A stretch of DNA of 54,428 nt, from contig LXFE01000332.1 of NCBI GenBank assembly GCA_001929475.1, positions 1 through 54,428 of the forward strand. The letters run 5' to 3'. Positions within the stretch are counted from its first letter, which is position 1. Every line of letters starts with the position of its first letter. Below the pieces are notes generated by a model. It was not told the origin of the DNA, did no database searches, and saw only the letters and a program-made list of their open reading frames with translations. The DNA comes from Neolecta irregularis DAH-3 (taxonomy: Eukaryota). The translations under genes were made by a program, and so were the position numbers. Below, in pieces: positions 24,849 to 35,663 of this stretch.

Positions 24849-25607
24849 TCAAACGACCTTTTCCCGGACTACAGATTTACAAAATAACTTATTCGCAAAT
24901 CTCCAAAACCAACCGCCGTGATTAGCATTACATATTGTTTTAAAATTTGTTACAGGAATCGATTCTGGAGTCCTAAAAATCATTTCAAATCTTTCAGCAT
25001 TTATCCCGATTCGGCCAACACCAGAATTCTCAATCTTGGGGAAATAGCGTTCGTCCGTGTGACAATCTTCCATTGTGACTACCATCGAAGAAGCCTGTAT
25101 CGACATGAATGATTTCAACATGTTGCCCGGAAGTACGGCATTTGTATTTTCGTCAATGGACGGCTGAACAAGCGGCAAACGTCTCGCTAAAAAGTCCCAA
25201 TCGATGTACGGTATCTTGGTCCAATAGTGTCTCTTCATAGTGATTTCGAAAATTGAAATCCCATTAGGCAATACTACATGGATCTGCACTACACCTTTCT
25301 GATCATCCCAATGAAACACGGCAAGTTCCTTTGGGATGCCCCAATTTCGACGACCGTTGATAACAGAATCCATCAAAGAAACGTAGATCTTGGTAATACG
25401 GTACGCAGGGCCACTCGAAGTTTGAAATCTTCCGGGAGAATATAATAATTCGTCATATGGGCCGCAAGGGGCGTCAAAGTATCTGATGAGGAGAAGGACA
25501 CCAAATCCTCCAATAAAAGTAGGGTCAGGATATTCTGTAGGAGCAAGAAGGTAAACAAAGGCATGACCTCGAAGGCTCCACGGAGCAGGATGATACGACA
25601 CAGACAT
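24849..25607 (-). CDS. Acetoacetate decarboxylase-like superfamily protein (intronless)
   Basis: PAPWSLRG, LIRYFDAPCGPYDELLYSPG, ITKIYVS and SVINGRRNWGIPKELAVF (Schiff-base Lys motif GR..WG.PK). A TATATAA element lies upstream near 25644-25650. Confidence 0.85.
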   Translation of the reverse strand: MSVSYHPAPWSLRGHAFVYLLAPTEYPDPTFIGGFGVLLLIRYFDAPCGPYDELLYSPGRFQTSSGPAYRITKIYVSLMDSVINGRRNWGIPKELAVFHWDDQKGVVQIHVVLPNGISIFEITMKRHYWTKIPYIDWDFLARRLPLVQPSIDENTNAVLPGNMLKSFMSIQASSMVVTMEDCHTDERYFPKIENSGVGRIGINAERFEMIFRTPESIPVTNFKTICNANHGGWFWRFANKLFCKSVVREKVV

Positions 25608-26429
25608 TGAATGATGAAAAAACCCAAGGAGATGAAGGTGCTTTATATATTTAGAAAAGCATCTTGTCGCAAAACTTCGTCAAATTGTAGAATCGTCAGC
25701 TTGCATGATCACACCCAACCGGAGACTCGAAAATGAGTCGATTTGCAAATTTTTCAAACTGAGCCACGATTCGGATGATCCGTCATTGCGACTCAGCCGC
25801 AATCGAATGTTCGGAGCACGCTCGCTTACACGGTTTGAGGTTCTAAAACGACGTGTTGAGATAAGGGGTTTGAGAAGTTATTAAGCTTGTGTGAACGAGC
25901 ATTTGAGCGTGGCCGTATCTAGGCCTTTTTCAAAATGTTTTGGGATTTGTGCCAGAGAATTGTAGAATGCATTATGTCATTCTATCTTGGACAGCATCTT
26001 TTGTTCCATATTTAGAGACTCGAGAATATTATTCGTTGATGGAATGGCTTGGCTCTCTATTAGCCAAAATAGAAATAACTATGTTATGTCAAATAGCAAG
26101 TATGATTCCCAGACGAACCGAAATGCATCAAACCCAATATGAAACTGAGCGTGATTCAAGGAACACGGAGTATGACACATTTGCATAAATAGATCGGTCA
26201 AGTGCGATTAAAATTAGAAACGGTAGGGCGGAAAAGCCACCTATCCGGCAGACATTCAAAATTTGGCAATCATAATGTGGCAGACACCTGGACAGGTTTC
26301 AATATTGCTCGGCGAAAGACAAATTAGATGGGCGGCGTCAAAGGGTGTTTCGCTCATTAGGGACCTACATACATCCTACTCGTATGCGAAAACATAGATT
26401 TCGGAAGGAGACTTAGGAACCAATCCAAA

Positions 26430-26856
26430 TCTATAGAGGAACAGAAACAGGGCCACGTACTATATCTTCTTTGTATACCAATCTAGATCGGTATCAGTTG
26501 ACTTCATTTGGCCCTTGACTACTCTACAATTTTATCGATCAAATCATCTCTTGTACAAATCATGGCAATCCAAAAGATGTGAAATAGCTGAAGTGGTCTA
26601 GCCGAGTCTTTAACGCTACGAATGACATAATATATAATAGCAAAGGGTCAATATTGATCAAACTTACACCATCAGTCTTCTATTTTCGCATCCCAACCTC
26701 AAGTCCTTTCAACGTGGTCTTCCCACTGCCACACATCAGCCACAGTGTTTATTATATAGTTTCAAGAGTCCCGTTACCATAAAAGTTTGTTGAGTTGTAT
26801 CGTGTTGCTAAAAGCGAATCAGCTATTCCAGCTAGCGGGAAGAGAATGGGCAGCAT
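26430..26856 (-). pseudogene. Possible decayed secreted-protein gene
   Basis: TATA-like element (about 26894-26900), then ATG 26856 giving MLPILFPLAGIADSLLATRYNSTNFYGNGTLETI-stop. Continues in a shifted frame with stops and a gtaagt...cgtag intron-like segment (26667-26616). Confidence 0.25.
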
Positions 26857-27850
26857 GATTAGCTAAACTCACAACCGCAAATTACCCTCGTTCTATATAG
26901 AAACAACAAATGCGAGGGGCTTGAGTGAATTGGATTCTACTAAACCTGACGATGAAGATAGGATTATTATAGCGTTGTCATTCCAGGCGATGCGGGTTTC
27001 AATCGGTATTTTGTAGCATGAGCTTCCAATGGAACCAGGAGGTTAAACGGCTGATGTGCAATTGTTTATTACAGTATAGCTTGACTTTGTTTAAATCTGT
27101 TTACAGTAGGGGTACGGACGCTACAGTAAAACGCGCCAGATGGCTAGGCTGTACTTGTGAGTATGTATACTGCACATTTGAATTTTGAATAGTCCTCCCG
27201 AATTTAATCACCCTCATCTTTTTAGACGATTAACACCTCAGGCCCATATTAATACATAACCCCAGAAAGTGCATCCTAGACTTTCCTGATTGTGTCATTT
27301 CACTTGAGTTTAGCTACATTACGAAGGAGAACATGGCAGCATGCAGTTGTAATTGTTTGAGAAGCACCTTTAATCAAGGAAATCGGAGGTCGCCTTCTCT
27401 GTTTTATTGAGGTAGGACAATAACATGGTGAGGGACAGGGCTGCGGTTTTCCTCAGGACCAAGCAAGAAGATTGCTCAATCTCTTTGAATTGAAAAGTAT
27501 TGTGACGACTTCAAATTATCAAGTTGACCCCTAGAGGCTGGAAAGAACATAAGTCGGAAAGAATCCGCCGCTTGTTAATGTGTTTTAGGTATTTAAGGGT
27601 CAATATTTTTCGACGATCTTTATTTTTTGTAATTGGCAAAGTCAGTTCATTAGATCTTGTAAGCGCTGAATCGGCCACCTTGATCTCTTTTTTTAACCTG
27701 AATTGCTATTCAGGCAGGCTCTATTTAACTCTCTACTGATATATCTAGAGGCTGTAGCCCTCATCATGTATTAAGGGATATCTCGTGTTCTCTGTCTAAG
27801 AAGCGACTTATATTGCTCATCAAATTGAACGGAAGTTAACTTGGCGAGAC

Positions 27851-28673
27851 ATGGAAACAGTATTTTATAAACCTGGCAATCATCCACTACATACTCTCGA
27901 CATATTTCCGGCGTCTATCAAGTCGGACTTCTGGGTCTTATTCTTGCATGGAGGAGCATGGTATGTTTCTCGGATTTCTTGTTGTTAGTGATTATAGGCG
28001 AGATCCTCAGTACACATCAGCCGGCGGACACTATCTTCTTTCGCACCTGTCAAATCGGTTCAATCGTGTAAGTATCAATTATCGACTTTCGCCAGAAGTT
28101 ACGCATCCCGGTCATATTAAGGATGTTTGCGCTTCAGTAAAATGGCTTAAACAAGAAAGAAGAATGACTCGTTTTATCGTCTGCGGGCATTCTGCTGGAG
28201 CAACGCTCGCGTTCCAATTAGCTGCGCAATTGCAGAAAGAGAAAGAAAACGGTGGATTGGTCGGAATTATCGGAGTTGGAGGGATTTACGACCTAAACGA
28301 GCTAGTCCAGGAGTATCCATCGTATGGCATCTTTGTTCGCAATGCATTTGGGGATGACGAACAAATTTGGAGGGAAGCTTCCCCTTCACAGTTTTATCGA
28401 CCTGTTTCGTCTGTTTCTGTCGGGTTGATACAAAGTAAAGATGATGAACTCCTCACCTGGAAACAGACAAAGTCAATGATGAAAGTTGTTCCTGATGCAA
28501 GAGTCGAGAGCATAACAGGTAGTCACCAAGGTGCATTAAGTACAGATATATATGTAGACGTTGTGACCACTATGATACGAAGCATTGTGTCATGCCCTCT
28601 TTTCATCCTCCTTTGGTTGATCGGCCTCTTCAATCAACTTTCCAACAAGCGCATACTTATTCTAGGCTTGTAA
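27851..28673 (+). CDS. BNA7: Kynurenine formamidase (alpha/beta hydrolase)
   Basis: Exons 27851-27960 and 27998-28673. LFLHGGAWRDP across a 37-nt intron, SINYRLSP, HPGHIKDV, CGHSAGATLAFQ, GIYDL, QSKDDELL and GSH. Confidence 0.88.
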
Positions 28674-29210
28674 GCCTCGTCAAACCTAGTGCAAAACATA
28701 CAGCAAAGTGATCCTCCCAATCATTGAGTGCCTTGATCTCCTCATCCGTAAGATCTTTCAGATCATCGATTGGATGATCTAACGGAGTAATCATATCTGG
28801 TTTTTGAGTTGGAAGGTTCTGCGGAACAAATACCCTCATCAAAACTGCCTTTCGACAGTCCCCTGCTGGCATCTCGTCCTGATAATTAGGCTGGCTCAGG
28901 GAGGATCTATACCAGCAAAATTCCCGTAAGGGCCAGATGGTCCGTAAAATGCGGCACCGGGTGTCACGTCGTATACATGTCCTTTCACTCCTATCAGAAT
29001 CTTCTTCTCGTCCTTCCCGTTGAACTTTGCTAGAGTTTGGGGGGTATAGTGTTTAAAAATCTGTGGCTCGACGGCTTCCGGAAAAACTACCTTCGCGGGA
29101 CGAATCTTGAGATAAAAGACATAGATAGCAAGGGCGATCAGAAAAAGATTTAATGGAGTCAAGTAGACAGGGAGTACGGTCGTCGCTACCGGTGGCGATT
29201 CTTGATCCAT
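28590..29210 (-). CDS. DAP1: Cytochrome b5-like heme/steroid-binding protein (MAPR/PGRMC family)
   Basis: Four exons. N-terminal TM helix, [66 protein letters not shown]. TGA at 28592-28590. Confidence 0.93.
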
Positions 29211-29580
29211 TGAGTGGTAAAGAATTGGTCCAGGTTTGAGATCCTGATGATCTCAGTGGCGTGGGAACTTCCATCCTGGTCATCAACCACACCTGATCAC
29301 CACAATTAGCTATTTCTTTATCAAATAGGTGTGACAATTCGTCCTGTAATCAAGCTGAAATATGCGGGCGGTCGATAGGGGTAGGAGGTTGTAAAGAACA
29401 ATGAGAAGTATATCAATGTATCTAAGCTGTCAAGATTAATTTGAAATGGCCACTCAATATATAAAATTAAGATTCCCCAAGAAGCGCTGCTTTCTTCATG
29501 TCAAAGTCAATCAGTAGCCAGACTCTGAATTTTAATGATTACAGATTTACGAGAAAATAAACCGTCTGATTTCAGAAGAA

Positions 29581-32090
29581 TCATGTTGCCATATCCATAG
29601 TTGCTTTATTTTTAGGCTCTTTTCGGGTCATGGAACCCTTGTCAATTTCTTCATCTTCAAGGCCTTCAAGAATTTTTCGCATGACTTCCAATCGTGACGA
29701 CTCGCCTAATTTAAATCGCATGCCGTCGAATGAGATTCCAATATTTGTGACCTCTCCTTCTAAGCGCGGGATTTTAGGATATCGTTGAGAAAAATGTGTA
29801 AGCAAGGTGAATTTTGCATTCATTCTCATGGTTAGTAGACAGGATAATTGAAACCTTACTGTCGTCCGATTTCCACTGCTTCAGAGGTCGTGGAATGTCG
29901 TTTTTCAACTGCTTCCGTTTTCAGATCGTCCTCGAGGGTTGCTTCGTGGATCAAAAGATCAGCACCCTGCCCGATTTCAACAAGCGCAGAACAAGGCATT
30001 GAGTCTCCGGAATAGACGATTTTCCACCCGGAGTCATGCGATATCGCAACACCATAAGCCCATGGACAGTGGTGAACTTGGCAAGTAACAACTTTTAAAG
30101 ACAACTGTGAAAAACAGGCGTTGATGTTACTATAATCAGCAGAGCGATCCAAGAAACATACTCTAGATGGATAGGGGTAGGTTTGTTAAATGAACTAGAT
30201 GTGAGCTAAGACACGTTTAACTTTGGGGAAACCTATGCAAATATCGAGATCTAATATCCTCTGCATTGATGAAACTTATGCGCGAAAGACAAATATCCTC
30301 CATTTCATTATACTCCCGCATCCAAAACATGAATCTTAATGGACCTAATATAAACAAGTTACCAGAAGGAACGAGTTGCATCCATTTTCGAATAATACCG
30401 ACTGCCCCTAGGTGATGATCTGCGTGAAGGTGTGATATCCATATCATTTTTATTGAACTTACGGCCGAATCAGCATGTGGACCGTACATTCGCTGCAATT
30501 GTCCAAGAGTACCTTCCCCAACGTCAAGGAGAATCCCATACGACGCTGTTCTGATCATTGTGCATGAGACTACAATTAATTGAAGAAACAGTGCAAGTTT
30601 ACCATTCCGATATTGACTAGGCATTGCCGAGCCACTGCCTACGCTGACAATTTCAATATCATGTGCATCAGAAGAACTCTTTATTGCCTCAACTTCTTCT
30701 CTAACTTTCTTGGCATCAATCCAAAATTGCTTAGGGATCCCTGAAAGCTTTTTATCTTGTTGAATATCTAGTGAATCGTAATCAAATGATGGCTCATATT
30801 CAGGGCTTTTGCATATTGTACGAGTTGGCTCAATTTTGTATAAATAACCGGCTTTGATCGATTCGTGGTCATTTAACGTTTCGGTCGAATAGCCTGAACA
30901 AAATTGCAAGGGAAAATTAGAGGGGGAAACTTGATTGAGTCGATACGTATGGCGAGCAGCACCGTTCAAAATAATTTTATTTACTCCATTGGAACATGAA
31001 CTTAGATGCTATAGAGTTAGACGACCAAGGTAATATCAAGTACCTGTGCATCCGGAAATTGTTCTCTCCACAATTTATATTCTGGATTATTCAAAACCTC
31101 AACTGGAGCCAGATGCACAATGTAGGCTGGGCGAAAGGTTCTCAACTGTTCGTTCTCGATCAAGCTTTTTATGTAGTGGGCGCTCGGACAATCGATGATG
31201 AATGTTGAATTTCCTTCTTTTTCCGGGCCCAATACCTCTTCAGGTCGAATAACAGTGCCATCATCGAGCGTGACAGATTCACCTCGACACAACATCCCTA
31301 ATTGTTCCCGTCTTGCGCCAAGGAGATTCGCCTTCTTGCCGTCAAGTTTTCCGCGCTTCGAATGAAATTTGATAATATAGTTATGTATAGTGGTATTGGG
31401 AGTAGTTGAGGGTAGTGAGGTAAACTGTGAGACCTTTCGATTCTTTGGCTCGCTAGAGTTGTGCATGTCATCTGACAATCTCCCATAAGTCTTATATACT
31501 ATGTCAAGTAGGGTTTGTCGATCATTCCCCGGAGTAGAGGATTGAGAGCGTGATCGTTTACGGCCAACAGCAGACGGAGACGAAGTAGACACAATCGGAA
31601 CAGGAATTATTGTGAGATGGTCGTCTGTAAAAACGGAGGGAGTGTCTGTGTACTCTTCGACGAGAAGGGGAAGCGAATTGCTCATGGTTAGTCCTGTGTA
31701 AACAAGAGACATGCTGGAAGATAAAATGCCGCGTCGAAGCTAGGAAATGTGTAATATTTCTACCACCGTGAATTCTCAGGCCCTGGCTCTTCATTCCGCT
31801 CTGCGCATCTCGCAGAGTCATCATCATGCCTATTATTAGTAGATTCGATTGAATGACAAGGGATTTGTAGTACCAGGCAAGCCGCCAATACAATCCCACG
31901 CGACTCTAGTCAAGAATGCTTCAGACATGCGCAAAACCCGAACTTTGTTAGCCATCAAGACTCGCTGGGAAGACTCTGAGCAGTTGAACAGATATCGTTT
32001 GGCCTCGTTATTGGAGTTGACGAGGAGCACTACCGCCGGTACCGCAATCTCAGCAGAGCGCGGCGCAGAAAACTGCAAATCCGCGTACAT
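29581..32090 (-). CDS. TRZ1: tRNase Z (long form), tRNA 3'-processing endonuclease
   Basis: Eight exons. [18 protein letters not shown], exosite RGKLDGKKA...[62 protein letters not shown] and [10 protein letters not shown]. Confidence 0.95.
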
Positions 32091-32584
32091 TCCGGCGGTT
32101 CGTGAAGACTGGAAGTAGCGAATAAACAGACGAGCAGCCAGCTCAAATCGATTTTTGCGTTCTAACGAGTGTAGCTCCGGAAAACTTCGCCCAGTTGCGA
32201 TTGCACAGATCACGTGAAGATAAAGATCTTTCGCGAGAAGATCTCAAACTGAAAGATGGATCAAAGCTTGATCCCGACCAGGAAATATTACAAGCCTCAC
32301 TCTCGATTTGAAATAATACTCTTGCCAGCGCTGAGACCTATGCAATCATTCAGGCCCTTTTCAATTCTTCTTAAAGAATCTCGCACTTTGAGATGATGTC
32401 AATAAATGGACGCGCGAGGTTTGAGAGACGGGCAAGGTACGCAACAGGAGAGGCGCGAGGCTGGAGAGGCGTGAGAGGCAGGCGAGATGGGAGATGTAAG
32501 GATATACCCTTTGGGTATATCTTACCAATATGACAAGGTGGCTTGACGGGAAGTATATAAAGGCGGTAGTTGGATATTCCAAGC

Positions 32585-33234
32585 CAGTGTTGGGACGGGC
32601 CAAAGCCCATGGGCTTTTCTAAGGGTCCGGACCGGCCCATGGACTGGCCAGGCCTAATATGTGACAACCATTTTGGGTGGTGGTGTTCAGGGCAGAGCAG
32701 GAATATGCTAAAAAGCAAATTACTGTATGATGTCTATAATTCTTTATATTTATTTAAATATTGGCAAGAAGGAACTGACAGGCGGGCGGGCAAGGTGGGC
32801 GGGCCAAATAGGCCAAACGGGTACGGGAGACGGGAAAGATGGGTGAGCCAGGCAGGAATGATGGAAGAGGCAAAAGAGATGGGCGGGCGAGGTGCGTGAG
32901 GAGGGCAGGACGGGCAGGATGCGCAGGACAGGCGGGAGAGACGGGAGAGGCGGGAGAGACGGGAGAGGCGGGAGAGACGGGAGAGACGGGAGAGGCTAGC
33001 GAGACTGGTTGGTGAGGCGGGCAGGCAATGCAGGTAGGAAGGCGGATATGGATGATACAGCCCAGGGGAAGGGCTGCCCAAATAGTATTATCTAATATCA
33101 CGTGAAAAGGCCCGTTTCGGCCGATGGGCCGCGCTTTTTTCTTGGCCCGGTCCCACGGGCTTTAAACCCATTTTTAAGCTCATGCGCGGGCTTTTCATGG
33201 GTCGGGCTAAGCCCATGGCCCGTCCCCAACGCTG
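32585..33234. mobile_element. Non-autonomous hAT DNA transposon, 650 bp
   Basis: TIRs CAGTGTTGGGACGGGCCA / reverse complement CAGCGTTGGGGACGGGCCA. Perfect 8-bp target-site duplication TTCCAAGC at 32577-32584 and 33235-33242. Many subterminal GGGC/GCCC motifs. Confidence 0.9.
32928..32998 (+). repeat. 9/18-nt tandem repeat (gggagaggc/gggagagac) inside the hAT element
   Basis: Direct reading: ggcgggagagacgggagaggcgggagagacgggagaggcgggagagacgggagagacgggagagg. Confidence 0.85.
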
Positions 33235-33550
33235 TTCCAAGCCAAGTACGAATACTTAGGCTAGTAATACACTTGGTCTTATCGTACTTCTACGCACATA
33301 GCTACAGGAGAGGCGCGCGAGGAGGACGAGATGGGAGAGGCAGGCGAGACGGGCTGGTGAGGCAGGTAGGAAAGCGGATAGGGAGGAGACATAGGAGGAG
33401 AAGGGCTAATCGTATTATTAACATGGAGTTTGATGACAGTGGCAGATTAGTTTATAGAAGCAGCGCTATGTTCATATAGAGGTGTGCTTGAAATAAAGTG
33501 GACATTTTGGTTGACGTGTGTTTTTGTGCTTGCATTGTGACAAGTGCAAG

Positions 33551-34366
33551 ATGACCCAACTCAAAATCCTCGTTTGGAACGTATGTTCTCCCTGAGATCC
33601 AGTGCTGAACCGGTAGGTTTGGAATCTTCCAGGAATTCTCACCGATGGATTTGGCAAATCTCGTCAAAGAGCTGCTAAAGTGTCTCCTTTACTTAATGAT
33701 TTCGATATAGTTATAGTCAACGAGTCCTTCATGCATCGTAACGAGCTTCTTTCAAAGACTATTCATCAATATCGCTATGAGTTGAATCGTGGAAAGAGTC
33801 TCGCAATTTTTAACGGTGGCGTCGTAATACTTTCAAAATACGCTATTGTTGAGAAGGCTGGTGAAGTCTATCATTCACGCACCCGCTGGGATCGATTCGC
33901 TGCAAAGGGGATTGCTTTCGTCCGTCTTGATGTGGATGGGATGATGCTGGATGTTTATGGGACCCATATGCAATCTGGGGACAAAAACTCAGAACAAGAG
34001 GCCCGCCTTGCCCAAGCTAGTCAAGTCGCCGAGTTCATCAAAAGGAATTCTTCACAAGACTCCAAGATTGTTTTTGGTGGGGATATCAATATGGGACCGG
34101 TACTGGATCCCACGTTCCAAAAGTTTAGTGCTCATTATACGGACGAGCAGGATGTACGAGCGCGGCATAAAGCCTATGAGACTTTGAAGACGAAGAGCGG
34201 ATTAGAGGACATTGTTAGCGAAGAACCCGAGTTTTTAGAGGACATCAATCGCTTCTTGGGAAGAAATCTTGGGGAAAAAAAGGTGACTTATCTCGGGCTG
34301 GAGCGTTGCGAGGACGGTTCTCGATTGAGCGACTCACAGTCTGTCCTTCTCACCATCACTATCTAA
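33551..34366 (+). CDS. Endonuclease/exonuclease/phosphatase (EEP) fold, sphingomyelinase-C-like enzyme
   Basis: Exons 33551-33580 and 33617-34366. MTQLKILVWNVWNLP, FDIVIVNESF, NGGVVILSKYAI, DRFAAKGI, YGTHMQS, ARLAQ, VFGGDIN and LSDSQ. Confidence 0.85.
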
Positions 34367-35663
34367 GGTACATGCATCTGCTATGATCTTGTGAAGACAT
34401 ACCTTTCATTGGCATTTGTACTCTGCGATAAAAGCTATTGCTACCGGTAATTTTAATAATCCAACCCACATTCCCTTTTGCAACTTTATTGTATTGGAGT
34501 TTTACATAATCATTTGCATGAAACGACTGCCACGTCTCCTCGGTTGTGGGGTTGTTCAAGTTTTCCTCAATAACAGATGACAGCTATCAAGATTATCCTA
34601 TTGGAATGTCGTCACCAAGTTTTCACAAGCCGAGTGATTCTCTCAAACATCGCTGATTGTCGGTCTTTTCAAAAAACCTCGAAAACAATGGTTTTCTTTG
34701 CTTGAAATATGAGCATGAAACCGGTATTCTATTTGATCTTTAATATTAAGTGAACAAAAATGATTGGGTTCATATCTTAGGAAGCTTCGCCAAACAGGAC
34801 AAATCTGAGTGACAGGGTTCAATTCAGAACCTTTTTTAAATAAAATACGGCAGCAATTTGTGTGGCCCAATCTCTAAATTTGAATACACCCTCGAGAATT
34901 GGACCATTTAGAGCCTGTAGTCTTGGCGATTCAAGCCCAAATAAGAGATCTGTCTTGTGCATGTTGCCCATATATGAATGATTCGCCCTTTACGCAATTG
35001 TTATTTTTATTTTCGATAGAATACCAGGAAATCGGTTATTTTGAACCCCATGCGTGGATGATTGAGAAAATAGATACTCGAAGACTTGCATTAGAATTTG
35101 GTTAGAATTTTGATCAAGCTGACCTAATTTGAGGCCCATAAGTTTCTTATTTCAAGCTGAATGAATCATTGATATAATCAATGTTGATCGACAAATTGTA
35201 AATACTTCTTGCGCAAGTATGCACTCCATTTATTAGCCAAAGCGATCAAGCTGCCATGGGTAATATGATTAAAGAATAATGATATCGATCTGCTTCGCAG
35301 TGATTCCTGGCTTATAGAATAAAAAAGTAGAAATAAATCTACAAACGGTGTAAGCGTATACCTCAATACTTACAAACGGTGATAAAAAAAGATTCAGGGG
35401 CCCTGAAGAGCGGATTATCAAGATCCAATTGACCAATCATATTTAACCAACCACATGTAATCAAAAATTGTCGAGAGTAATCGCCATACTTGAATATTGC
35501 CAAGGACCAATGTCGGGGAAAATACATGTGAGAAAAAGAGAAAAAGAGAGTGATTCTACCGATTAGTAAAGTGCCGAATCTATGCCCCTACTTTTTGCAC
35601 ATCGTCTCAAGACTAAGCGGGCGAAAGCCAGTCAGTACCGGCTTTCCCTATGACTTGCAAACA

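Noticed and set aside
26581-26660. gctgaagtggtctag resembles a tRNA D-arm
   Set aside because: No T-arm GTTC motif or acceptor stem.
32361-33479. ORFs with SRL/SPV repeats
   Set aside because: They are translations of the hAT element and GA-rich repeats, with no transposase motifs.
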